From NCBI GenBank assembly GCA_945879015.1, contig CAMCUO010000001.1, positions 42,659 through 106,658 of the forward strand: a DNA stretch of 64,000 bases. Reading direction: 5' to 3'. The notes below the pieces were generated by a model. It did not search any database, was not told the origin of the DNA, and saw nothing but the letters and a program-made list of their open reading frames with translations. The translations under genes were made by a program, and so were the position numbers. Each line of letters starts with the position of its first letter. The stretch's first letter is position 1. Shown in pieces: positions 1 through 9,601 of the stretch. This stretch comes from Chitinophaga pinensis. Lineage in GTDB: Bacteria; Bacteroidota; Bacteroidia; 2-12-FULL-35-15.

Positions 1-1106
1 GGACAGCAGTTGAAGAAGCAGAAGCAAAATCAGGAGTCGACATTAAAGTCGTGAATGTCGGTATTGCTGGTCAGCATATAAGAAGTATGCAACATCGTGG
101 AATAAAAACTCGTGCAAGTATTGAGCAAGAAATTTCTCAAAACGATATTGATTCATTAATTGATGATATGTATAAATTAATGATGGCTCCAGGAGAAGAA
201 ATTATTCATGTTTTGCCTCAAGAATATATTATCGATAACGAATCTGGAATTAAAAATCCGATTGGAATGTCGGGAATTCGTTTGGAAGCAAATTTTCATA
301 TCATTACTGGACAAATTGCTGCAGCTCGAAATATTTATAAATGTGTACAAAAAGCAGGATTGGAGGTTTCTGAATTAACATTGGAACCTCTTGCTTCTGC
401 AGATGCTGTTTTAAGTAATGAAGAAAAAGAAGCAGGAGTTGTATTAGTTGATATTGGTGGTGGAACAACGGATGTGGCTATTTTTCAAGATGGAATTATT
501 CGTCATACTGCCGTTATCCCTTTTGGTGGAAATGTAATTACTGAAGATGTAAAAGAAGGTTGTACGATTATTAAAAGTCAAGCTGAACTTTTGAAAATGA
601 AATTCGGTTCAGCTTTAGCGAGTGAAAATCAAGAAAATGAAATTGTTTCTATACCTGGATTGAGAGGTCGTGCACACAAAGAAATTTCTGTTCGCAATTT
701 ATCTGCAATTATTCAAGCACGTATGGAAGAAATTGTTGAGCACGTGTATTATGAAATCAAACATTCGGGTTATGAGAAAAAATTAATTGCAGGAATTGTC
801 GTTACAGGTGGTGGAGCGCAATTAAAACATGTTTCTCAATTGATTGAATATATAACAGGAATGGACACGCGAGTTGGCTATCCAAACGAACATTTGGCTA
901 AAGGAAGTGAAGATGTTACGAGTCCGTTATTTGCCACTTCAGTTGGTTTGGTAATGAAAGGTTTGCAGACTTTAGATAAGCAAAACAAAAAAATGGTATC
1001 ATCTACTGGTGAAAAAGGAGGAATAAAAGGACATTCTAGAGAAAAAACATCTGGATTTTTTGATAAGCTGAAAAGTTTCTTTGATGAGGATGCTGCTCAG
1101 AAGTAG
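1..1106 (+). CDS. ftsA: Cell division protein FtsA (C-terminal ~367 aa; 5' end lies upstream of the window)
   Basis: The frame is open from nt 3 to the TAG at 1104-1106. The actin-fold GGGTTD motif and IIKSQAELLKMKFG are typical of FtsA, and the gene sits immediately upstream of ftsZ. Confidence 0.9.
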   Translation, partial: TAVEEAEAKSGVDIKVVNVGIAGQHIRSMQHRGIKTRASIEQEISQNDIDSLIDDMYKLMMAPGEEIIHVLPQEYIIDNESGIKNPIGMSGIRLEANFHIITGQIAAARNIYKCVQKAGLEVSELTLEPLASADAVLSNEEKEAGVVLVDIGGGTTDVAIFQDGIIRHTAVIPFGGNVITEDVKEGCTIIKSQAELLKMKFGSALASENQENEIVSIPGLRGRAHKEISVRNLSAIIQARMEEIVEHVYYEIKHSGYEKKLIAGIVVTGGGAQLKHVSQLIEYITGMDTRVGYPNEHLAKGSEDVTSPLFATSVGLVMKGLQTLDKQNKKMVSSTGEKGGIKGHSREKTSGFFDKLKSFFDEDAAQK

Positions 1107-1108
1107 AG

Positions 1109-1147
1109 TCCTTCTCCTTGCTTCAAGGAGAAGGATTTAGGATGAGG
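1109..1147. repeat. Intergenic hairpin repeat, copy 1 (CCTTCTCC..GGAGAAGG followed by GGATGAGG)
   Basis: The sequence has a perfect 12 bp stem, tccttctccttg/caaggagaagga. It shares its arms and the GGATGAGG tail with the copies at 5146-5193 and 8942-8990. Confidence 0.6.
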
Positions 1148-1302
1148 TAATAGGGGGAAAACCATATAGAAATTAACACGTCATAGTTAGTAACTATGAA
1201 GCTGAGCGTTAAATCTACATTAAAAAAAGTCCCAATTTTATGCAGAATAAAACTAGCACGGGTTAAAACCTAACAATATCAAACGTTTTAAATAAAAACA
1301 AA

Positions 1303-3396
1303 ATGATGAAATTTGATTTACCAAAAGAAAACTCCTCAATTATAAAGGTAATTGGAGTAGGTGGTGGCGGAAGTAACGCTGTAAACCACATGTACAAACA
1401 AGGCATCAAAGGTGTTGATTTTATTGTGTGTAATACCGACCAACAGGCATTGGACATGAGTCCAGTTCCATTAAGAATAGTTTTAGGTGCAAGTTTAACA
1501 AAAGGTCGCGGTGCTGGATCTTTACCAGAAGTTGGTAAAAATGCTGCAATCGAAAATATAGAAGAAGTAAAAGCACTTTTAGCTAATAATACCGAAATGG
1601 TATTTATTACTGCTGGATTAGGTGGTGGAACAGGAACAGGTGCGGCTCCAATTATCGCGAAAGCAGCTAAAGAGATGGGAATTTTAACAGTAGGTATCGT
1701 TACTATTCCTTTCGGATTTGAAGGTAAAAAACGTAAAGCACAAGCAGATGCTGGTTTAGAAGCGTTAAAAGCAAATGTGGATACTTTACTAGTTATCAGC
1801 AATGATAAATTACGTGAGATTTATGGTAATTTAAAAGTAACAGAAGCTTTCGGTCATGCCGATGATATTTTAGCAACTGCTGCAAAAGGTATTGCTGATA
1901 TTATTACAACAACATTACAAATCAATACCGATATCAACGATGTTAAAACGGTAATGAAAGAAAGTGGTGTTGCAATTATGGGTTCTGCAATGGCAAGTGG
2001 TGAACAACGTTCTTTACGTGCTGTTGAGCAAGCAATGTCTTCTCCTTTATTAAACGATAGCAACATCAAAGGTGCTCGTTATGTGTTGGTGAATGTTACT
2101 TGTGGTGAAGACGAAATCACAATGGATGAATTTGGAGAAATTACAGATTATATTCAAGATGCTGCTGGAATGTCTGCAGAGGTTATCAAAGGATATGGTG
2201 TTGATCCTTCATTAGGTGATAAAGTAAATGTAACAATCATCGCTACTGGATTTAATTCTAAAGCAGATGTTGGAATTCAAATTGAAAAAGCTCCAGCTAA
2301 AAAAGTATTCTCTTTAATGGATGATGTTAAAGTTGAACTTTCTCCTGTTGCAGAACTTGTTACTCCTAAAGTAGAAGAAATTACATTGAAGCCAATGGAA
2401 ATGACTTCATACTTCAAATATGACACTTCAACTCCGCTCAGTGTGACAACAACAACTCCTGTTGCGGAAATTTTTCCACTTGTGACAACGGAAGTAGTAG
2501 AAGAAGTAAAAGCGGAAGACACTTCGACTGCGCTAAGTTTGACAAATTCATTTGTTAACGAGGTGGTTGCAGAGGAAACTTCCATGTTCGTGAATGAAAC
2601 AGAAGAAACTTATGTAGATGAAAATCCTATTATCGTTAATGAGATTATAGCTGAAGAAATACCAATTATAGTAAATGAAGTTGTTGCAGAAGAAACTCCA
2701 ATCATTGTTAATTCAATAATTGCAGAAGTAGTAGAGTCGGTTGCAAATATAAATGAGTTTGTAGAAGAAGAAGTCCTTTTTGTTAATGAAGTAATTGCTG
2801 ACAATTCGACTACGCTAAGTGTTACAGAATCTGAGGTAGTTAATGAAGTTGTAGCCGAAGAAGCTCCAATCATTATAAATGAAATTGTAGCTGAAGAGAC
2901 AAGTGTTGTTAACGAAATTGTAGCTGAAGAAGTTGTTTCAATTGTGAGTGAAGTGAAAGAAGAAGTTGTTGAATCAATTTTTGAAATAGAAGAAGTAAAA
3001 AAACCAGTAATATATGAATTTGAAATCAAGAGTAGAGTAGTTGCTTCTGAAGAGTCTACTATTGAAAGTAAAATAGAAGAGCATGTTGCGAAAGCTGAAC
3101 CAGTAATTCAAGCAAAAGAAGAAAACACAATTGTTGCAAAAGTTCAAAACGATGAGCAAATTAAAAAAGCGCAAGACCGTGTTGCTAAATTAAAAGAGTT
3201 AAGTTTTAAATTAAAGTCTCCAAATGGTTTATCTGAATTAGAGAATGAGCCAGCATACAAAAGAAGAAACATTAATTTAGATTCTACACCACATTCTTCT
3301 GAATCACAAGTGTCTCGTTATACTTTATCAGAAAATGAAGACAAGAAAGTTGAGATTAAACCAAACAATTCTTTTTTACACGATAACGTAGATTAA
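1303..3396 (+). CDS. ftsZ: Cell division GTPase FtsZ with a long repeat-rich acidic C-terminal linker (697 aa)
   Basis: The tubulin signature GGGTGTG and the N-terminal GTPase core are present. The C-terminus contains about 10 tandem 11-12 aa NE(V/I)(V/I)AEE(T)PIIV units, and an E-x-PAYKRR peptide near the end resembles the conserved C-terminal peptide. Confidence 0.93.
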   Translation: MMKFDLPKENSSIIKVIGVGGGGSNAVNHMYKQGIKGVDFIVCNTDQQALDMSPVPLRIVLGASLTKGRGAGSLPEVGKNAAIENIEEVKALLANNTEMVFITAGLGGGTGTGAAPIIAKAAKEMGILTVGIVTIPFGFEGKKRKAQADAGLEALKANVDTLLVISNDKLREIYGNLKVTEAFGHADDILATAAKGIADIITTTLQINTDINDVKTVMKESGVAIMGSAMASGEQRSLRAVEQAMSSPLLNDSNIKGARYVLVNVTCGEDEITMDEFGEITDYIQDAAGMSAEVIKGYGVDPSLGDKVNVTIIATGFNSKADVGIQIEKAPAKKVFSLMDDVKVELSPVAELVTPKVEEITLKPMEMTSYFKYDTSTPLSVTTTTPVAEIFPLVTTEVVEEVKAEDTSTALSLTNSFVNEVVAEETSMFVNETEETYVDENPIIVNEIIAEEIPIIVNEVVAEETPIIVNSIIAEVVESVANINEFVEEEVLFVNEVIADNSTTLSVTESEVVNEVVAEEAPIIINEIVAEETSVVNEIVAEEVVSIVSEVKEEVVESIFEIEEVKKPVIYEFEIKSRVVASEESTIESKIEEHVAKAEPVIQAKEENTIVAKVQNDEQIKKAQDRVAKLKELSFKLKSPNGLSELENEPAYKRRNINLDSTPHSSESQVSRYTLSENEDKKVEIKPNNSFLHDNVD

Positions 3397-3417
3397 TCAA
3401 TAAAGAAGTAAATACAA

Positions 3418-3458
3418 AAAAATCCCCCATGTCTATCGCGTGGGGGATTTTTTTTTGT
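3418..3458 (+). terminator. Rho-independent terminator downstream of ftsZ
   Basis: The stem atccccca/tgggggat is followed by a T9 run. Confidence 0.75.
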
Positions 3459-3532
3459 ATTAAAATCGGGATATGAGGAGTTGTAAAAAAAGCCTAACTT
3501 TAGACTTTAAAACTTTAAACTTTGAACTAAAA

Positions 3533-3976
3533 ATGGCTTTAGAAGAAAAAATAAATGCAGACATTAAATCTGCGATGTTAGCGAGGGAAGCTTCCAAATT
3601 AGATGCATTGCGTGCAATCAAATCAGCAATACTATTATTAAAGACTTCTCCTGAAGGATTGAATGATGATACAGAAATGAAAGCGTTGCTTAAGATGGTG
3701 AAACAACGTAAAGAAACGGCTGATCTATACATTACTCAAAATCGTAAGGATTTAGCAGATGTGGAATTAGCACAAGCAGCTGTAATAGAAGTTTATCTTC
3801 CACAACAAATGAGTGAAGAGGATATTAAAGCTGAAGTAGCAAAAATTATTACTGCTGTTGGCGCAACTTCTCCTGCTGATATGGGGAAAGTAATGGGTGC
3901 TGCATCAAAACAATTAGCTGGAAAAGCGGATGGTAAATTGATTTCTGGTATTGTAAAGGAGCTGTTGAGTAAATAG
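3533..3976 (+). CDS. GatB/YqeY domain protein
   Basis: MALEEKINADIKSAMLAREASKLDALRAIKSAI matches the N-terminus of the GatB/YqeY family. The start is taken at the internal ATG at 3533 within the longer ORF 3473-3976. Confidence 0.8.
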   Translation: MALEEKINADIKSAMLAREASKLDALRAIKSAILLLKTSPEGLNDDTEMKALLKMVKQRKETADLYITQNRKDLADVELAQAAVIEVYLPQQMSEEDIKAEVAKIITAVGATSPADMGKVMGAASKQLAGKADGKLISGIVKELLSK

Positions 3977-3980
3977 TAAT

Positions 3981-4041
3981 CGCCCTTCGACTCCGCTCAG
4001 GGTTACGGTTGAGTTGTCACCCTGAGCGTAGTAGAAGGGCG
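3981..4041. repeat. Full palindromic copy of the CTTCGACTCCGCTCAGGGTGAC repeat family (REP/terminator-like hairpin)
   Basis: cgcccttcgactccgctcagggt pairs with accctgagcgtagtagaagggcg, giving about 21 of 23 matching bases. The half-unit recurs at 6935-6959 and 30126-30149 and inside two coding sequences. Confidence 0.7.
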
Positions 4042-4067
4042 TTATCCGTAAAAGTTGTATAGCAACC

Positions 4068-4919
4068 TTACAAAGGAAACTGCAATCCTAAAACCAATAT
4101 ATTCTCAAACGTCCAGAAATGATGTTTGGCTTTTCCTTCTCCTAAAACAAGTACATCTGTATAGTTTGCCCAAGCTCCTTTGGCAGTATATTCTAAATAA
4201 ATATATTTATAAACATCGTAACGCAAACCTGCTTCAACGCCCATACAATATCCAGCTACATGGAATTTATTATTTAATGGTACACCAAAAAGTATAACAT
4301 CAGTTCTCGGAATAACCGGACCAGCACCAATTTTTGCAACACCACTTACCCAATGCTTTTTATTTTTAGAAACAAACAATCGTTGACGCTTTACAAAGTT
4401 CAACATCAAAAAATTCGCTCCGTCAGAATGTTCAAAGTGCAAAAATGTGTTAGGATCAATTAAAGTATCTTGGTCAATTGTTTGTCCGTGAATCGTTCCT
4501 GTAACACGTAATGTTTGGTAATCATCCATGATATATTTAACGTGATCAAAATTAATTTCAATTCCAAAGTCTTTTTTGTCGTTGAAAAAATATCCTATAC
4601 GATAAACATATTGTGGAATGGTTAGATCGGTTCTTAATATATCTTTAAATCCGGGGCGATCATGAGCTTTTGCATCATAAACAGTAAAGTCATACGATTT
4701 TGGTTGTGATTTTTGAGCATCATAATCAGTGGTGGTGTTTGTAAAATGAATATCACTTTTTGAAAAATAATCTCTGCCATATCCCCATGAAAAATAAAAT
4801 GTTCCTTTTCCAACTTTTGATTGTGATGGACAATCACAAATTTCATTTTTTTCCTGAGAAAATAAATTTTCAGAACAACATAAAAGGATTAAGATTCCAA
4901 TTGAAAAATATTTTCTCAT
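4068..4919 (-). CDS. Hypothetical secreted/outer-membrane protein (283 aa)
   Basis: The N-terminal signal peptide MRKYFSIGILILLCCSENLFSQ is present. No family was recognised. Confidence 0.5.
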   Translation of the reverse strand: MRKYFSIGILILLCCSENLFSQEKNEICDCPSQSKVGKGTFYFSWGYGRDYFSKSDIHFTNTTTDYDAQKSQPKSYDFTVYDAKAHDRPGFKDILRTDLTIPQYVYRIGYFFNDKKDFGIEINFDHVKYIMDDYQTLRVTGTIHGQTIDQDTLIDPNTFLHFEHSDGANFLMLNFVKRQRLFVSKNKKHWVSGVAKIGAGPVIPRTDVILFGVPLNNKFHVAGYCMGVEAGLRYDVYKYIYLEYTAKGAWANYTDVLVLGEGKAKHHFWTFENILVLGLQFPL

Positions 4920-5086
4920 TGATTTTTATTTTTTTTATTCGTAAACCCTATAAGCAATAAAACTGCCCAAGGCATGTAAAACGGACTAAGTGTTCTAAAG
5001 GAAACAGAGGCAACAAAGAATAATAGCAAAGAGATAGATGTTGTTACTCCCATTCCTATTAATCCTATTTTAACCAGTCGACTCAT
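4916..5086 (-). CDS. Possible small membrane protein (56 aa), translationally coupled to the downstream gene
   Basis: ATG at 5086. The predicted product MSRLVKIGLIGMGVTTSISLLLFFVASVSFRTLSPFYMPWAVLLLIGFTNKKNKNQ has two hydrophobic segments. Its TGA stop overlaps the ATG of the 4068-4919 gene in an ATGA arrangement. It falls below the 60 aa cutoff of the ORF track. Confidence 0.3.
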   Translation of the reverse strand: MSRLVKIGLIGMGVTTSISLLLFFVASVSFRTLSPFYMPWAVLLLIGFTNKKNKNQ

Positions 5087-5145
5087 TTAATTTAAATATG
5101 CACAAAGGTAATTAAATCAATTTTATAGTTTATTAGAATTTTTTT

Positions 5146-5193
5146 CCTTCTCCATTTGGAGAAGGTGTCCCGCTTTTAGCGGGACGGATGAGG
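5146..5193. repeat. Intergenic hairpin repeat, copy 2 (ccttctccatttggagaagg + gtcccgcttttagcgggac + ggatgagg)
   Basis: Two adjacent perfect hairpins followed by GGATGAGG. The sequence is near-identical to copy 3 at 8942-8990. Confidence 0.6.
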
Positions 5194-5195
5194 CC

Positions 5196-5226
5196 ATAAA
5201 AAAACCCAGACGATAAATGTCTGGGT
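5196..5226 (-). terminator. Rho-independent terminator of groEL
   Basis: The stem acccagac/gtctgggt is followed by a T-run on the minus strand. Confidence 0.7.
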
Positions 5227-5249
5227 TTTATATTTTAATGATAATAATA

Positions 5250-6893
<1,644 letters not shown>

Positions 6894-6934
6894 TTATGTT
6901 TATTGGTTAATTAGTTAATTGGTTAAATTGGGTC

Positions 6935-6959
6935 GTCACCCTGAGCGTAGTCGAAGGGC
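6935..6959. repeat. Half-unit of the CTTCGACTCCGCTCAGGGTGAC repeat, in reverse orientation, between groES and groEL
   Basis: The sequence is gtcaccctgagcgtagtcgaagggc. Confidence 0.6.
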
Positions 6960-6971
6960 ACTATTCGTGAC

Positions 6972-7274
6972 CTAAACGATTGCGAAGATATCACTCTCAC
7001 GCATTATTAAAAGATCTTTGCCTTCTACCTGAACTTCAGTTCCTGCATATTTTCCATACAGTACTGTATCTCCAACTTTTACCTCAGGTTTGTTTCCTTT
7101 TTCATCTTTATCACTTACTGCAATTACAATTCCTCTCTGAGGTTTTTCTTTTGCTGTATCTGGAATAATAATTCCACTAGCAGTCTTTTCTTCTGCAGCA
7201 GCTGCTTCAACAACTACTCTGTTTTGAGTCCCAGCTACTGGCTTGATGTTTACTTTTGAACTTGTCTTTGCCAT
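6972..7274 (-). CDS. groS: Co-chaperonin GroES
   Basis: VNIKP..., the [12 protein letters not shown] mobile loop and [14 protein letters not shown] are present, and the gene lies immediately upstream of groEL. Confidence 0.9.
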   Translation of the reverse strand: MAKTSSKVNIKPVAGTQNRVVVEAAAAEEKTASGIIIPDTAKEKPQRGIVIAVSDKDEKGNKPEVKVGDTVLYGKYAGTEVQVEGKDLLIMRESDIFAIV

Positions 7275-7396
7275 CTTATATTCTATTTATTAGTTTAACT
7301 TATGTTTTAAATTTTGTGTTTTCGGATAGTCAGAAATTATACCAAATGCTTATTATTGTTTAATTGCGACAATTTTGCAGACTCGAAATGCACATC

Positions 7397-7435
7397 AACA
7401 AAAAATGTCAGAAATATGAACTGGTTTCTGACATT
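7397..7435 (-). terminator. Rho-independent terminator of secG
   Basis: A perfect 11 bp stem aatgtcagaaa/tttctgacatt is followed by a T-run on the minus strand. Confidence 0.7.
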
Positions 7436-7456
7436 TTTAAAATATGTTTTACATAA

Positions 7457-7819
7457 TTATTTTGGACTAGGAGCAGGTGCAGGTGATGGTGTAATAGGAG
7501 CTACATTACTTTCTGGTGCAGCAGGTGTTACGTCTTCAGCAGCTTTCTGACGAGTTACTGATTCTGTTCCCGTTCCTCTTGTTACTCCATCCGATGTATT
7601 TGTAAATGATGTAGACATTACACTTAAAATTAATAGCAATGCTGCTAAAGTCCATGTAGCTTTTTCTAAAAAATCGGCCGTTTTGCGAACTCCCATTACT
7701 TGATTAGAAGATGCAAATGATGACGCTAATCCACCACCTTTTGAATTTTGTACTAAAACCACTAAGATTAAAAGTATACAAACTACTATAATTAAAATTG
7801 AAATAATTGATGAGCCCAT
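7457..7819 (-). CDS. secG: Preprotein translocase subunit SecG with a Pro/Ala-rich C-terminal tail
   Basis: LILVVLVQNSKGGGLASSFASSNQVMG is the SecG signature, and two transmembrane segments are present. Confidence 0.8.
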   Translation of the reverse strand: MGSSIISILIIVVCILLILVVLVQNSKGGGLASSFASSNQVMGVRKTADFLEKATWTLAALLLILSVMSTSFTNTSDGVTRGTGTESVTRQKAAEDVTPAAPESNVAPITPSPAPAPSPK

Positions 7820-7825
7820 TGTAAA

Positions 7826-8905
7826 TTATTGCTTTTGTTGATTAATTAATTTCCTCAAATTTTTTATTTGGGATGCAAAGTAAAGTCTTTTTTCTGGATA
7901 TTTCAAGCGTAAATTTTCATAAGCCTTAATTGCTTTGGCATAATTACCTTGTAAAACGTAGATTTTAGCTAGTGTTTCACTCACAAAAGTGATGTCTTCA
8001 GCCACACTTTGCTTAGCCATGTTCACTGGACTGAAAAATTCGGTTTTTGGGCGATTAAGCTTTGGCTCATCGCGTATAAATTTATCAATTAATTCGAACG
8101 GACTAAGTTGATTATCAGTGTTTTCTGATTCTAGCTCTTCCTTTGTATCTTCGTTAGTTGCTGTCCTTGTATTTACATGTTTTAACCAATCTGTGAATGA
8201 AAGCGAATCTATGTCAACATCCTCATTTGTCAAACCGAGCGTAATCGAAGTATCAGTTATTGACTCTGGAATATTAAGTACAAAATTCGATTCAACAGTC
8301 TCTTGTTTTTCTTCAGATGCATTAATTAAAGGAGTGGATAAAATTTCAATTTCAACACTTGCGTCTATAATTTCATTTAAATATCCTGTCTCTAATTGAT
8401 CTCTTACTTCTAAGGCTGCAACTTCTGAGGATTCAGTCTTTTCTGTCACGCTGAGCGGAGTGGAAATGTTTTCTTCTTCAATTTCAGGGGTAACAGGTGT
8501 TTTCGTCACACTGACCGGAGTGTAAGTGTCTGTAACTATTACCTCTTCTGTAACAACTGGCTGAATTTTTTGTTCCTCAACTTCTTCTCTGATTAAATTA
8601 ATAACTGCTTCTTCAATTTTCTTTTCTTCAATCTGATTGATAGTGTCAGGAATTTTTACTGCTTCAATTTCTTGCTGTTTTGTAATTAAACGGTGCAGTA
8701 TTTTTCTATCGGTAGCATAAGCAGCCGTTACTCGTAGTTGATTGTTATAATGAATGCTATTAATATTGTGTAAGCTCTTTGCATAAAGCAAATGAGCCGT
8801 TTGGAAATAAGGAAAATTCTTCAACAATTCAGCAAGCAAAACGCTATCATTCCCCGAAATTTTTTCCGGAGTTTCTACGTATGATATGAATTGTACTTTG
8901 TTCAT
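7826..8905 (-). CDS. Hypothetical protein with a C-terminal TPR-like segment and an acidic central linker carrying three in-frame copies of the 23 bp repeat
   Basis: The C-terminus LAKIYVLQGNYAKAIKAYENLRLKYPEKRLY is TPR-like. The linker contains ISTPLSVT, YTPVSVT and TSITLGLT, encoded by repeat units at 8445-8466, 8505-8526 and 8229-8251. Confidence 0.55.
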   Translation of the reverse strand: MNKVQFISYVETPEKISGNDSVLLAELLKNFPYFQTAHLLYAKSLHNINSIHYNNQLRVTAAYATDRKILHRLITKQQEIEAVKIPDTINQIEEKKIEEAVINLIREEVEEQKIQPVVTEEVIVTDTYTPVSVTKTPVTPEIEEENISTPLSVTEKTESSEVAALEVRDQLETGYLNEIIDASVEIEILSTPLINASEEKQETVESNFVLNIPESITDTSITLGLTNEDVDIDSLSFTDWLKHVNTRTATNEDTKEELESENTDNQLSPFELIDKFIRDEPKLNRPKTEFFSPVNMAKQSVAEDITFVSETLAKIYVLQGNYAKAIKAYENLRLKYPEKRLYFASQIKNLRKLINQQKQ

Positions 8906-8941
8906 TTTATATAAAAAATTTCTTCCGCTTCCGCTTCCCTT

Positions 8942-8990
8942 CCTTCTCCATATTGGAGAAGGTGTCCCGCTATAAGCGGGACGGATGAGG
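8942..8990. repeat. Intergenic hairpin repeat, copy 3
   Basis: The sequence tccttctccatattggagaaggtgtcccgctataagcgggacggatgagg is preceded by a cttccg x3 microrepeat and abuts the stop codon of the upstream gene. Confidence 0.6.
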
Positions 8991-9551
8991 TTACCAGTTA
9001 TTTAATGCTCTGTTAAAAATATCTTGCACCAATTGCTCATTAATTTCTCTTGTTAATTGATCTTCAATTGATGCAATATTTTGATCACTTGTATAATCTG
9101 CATAACGAGAAAACGATTGCTCAAAATTTTTCTTCTCATCAAACATACAAGTATATTTTACATTTACAGTTATTGTTAATCTGTTTAATGCAGCTTGATC
9201 CGTACTTTGAATGGCAATTGGTCCGGTTGTGTAATTTGAAACACTTCCTTCAAAACTTAAATCTCCGCCTTTATTTACTAAAGATAAACGAGTTTGCGAA
9301 CTTAATTTATCTTTTAATGCTTCCGTAAAAGCCTGACTCAAAGTTGGAGGAGCCAGTGATGCATTGTTTTGAAAATATTGAACAGAAACTGTTTTCGCTT
9401 CTGGTGGAACACTTCCTCCTGTAAAAGAATAATGAATTTTGCAACCACTAGAAAAGGTAAAAGTCAAAAGAGCAAAAGTCAAAAGAATGTTGTTGAAAAC
9501 AATCGTTCTGATTTTGAAATGATGTCTATTTATTTGAAATTTTAAATTCAA
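8991..9551 (-). CDS. Putative lipoprotein, possibly LptE-like (186 aa)
   Basis: A signal peptide with the lipobox FSSGC is present. There is no ATG in the N-terminal region, so the only in-frame start candidate is a TTG at 9551. The functional call is tentative. Confidence 0.45.
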   Translation of the reverse strand: MNLKFQINRHHFKIRTIVFNNILLTFALLTFTFSSGCKIHYSFTGGSVPPEAKTVSVQYFQNNASLAPPTLSQAFTEALKDKLSSQTRLSLVNKGGDLSFEGSVSNYTTGPIAIQSTDQAALNRLTITVNVKYTCMFDEKKNFEQSFSRYADYTSDQNIASIEDQLTREINEQLVQDIFNRALNNW

Positions 9552-9601
9552 TTTTTGAATTTTACCTTTTATTTTTGACTTTTGACTTTCTCTCTTTTAA
9601 C

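Noticed and set aside
2277-3029. Minus-strand ORFs 2277-2585 and 2610-3029, encoding Ser/Thr-rich proteins
   Set aside because: They lie antisense to the ftsZ repeat region. Their low-complexity translation is an artefact of the tandem repeat.
4055-4297. Plus-strand 80 aa ORF
   Set aside because: It lies completely inside the better-supported minus-strand gene 4068-4919 and has no recognisable features.
7275-7456. A CIRCE/HrcA operator upstream of groES
   Set aside because: No TTAGCACTC-N9-GAGTGCTAA is present. Only the secG terminator hairpin is evident.
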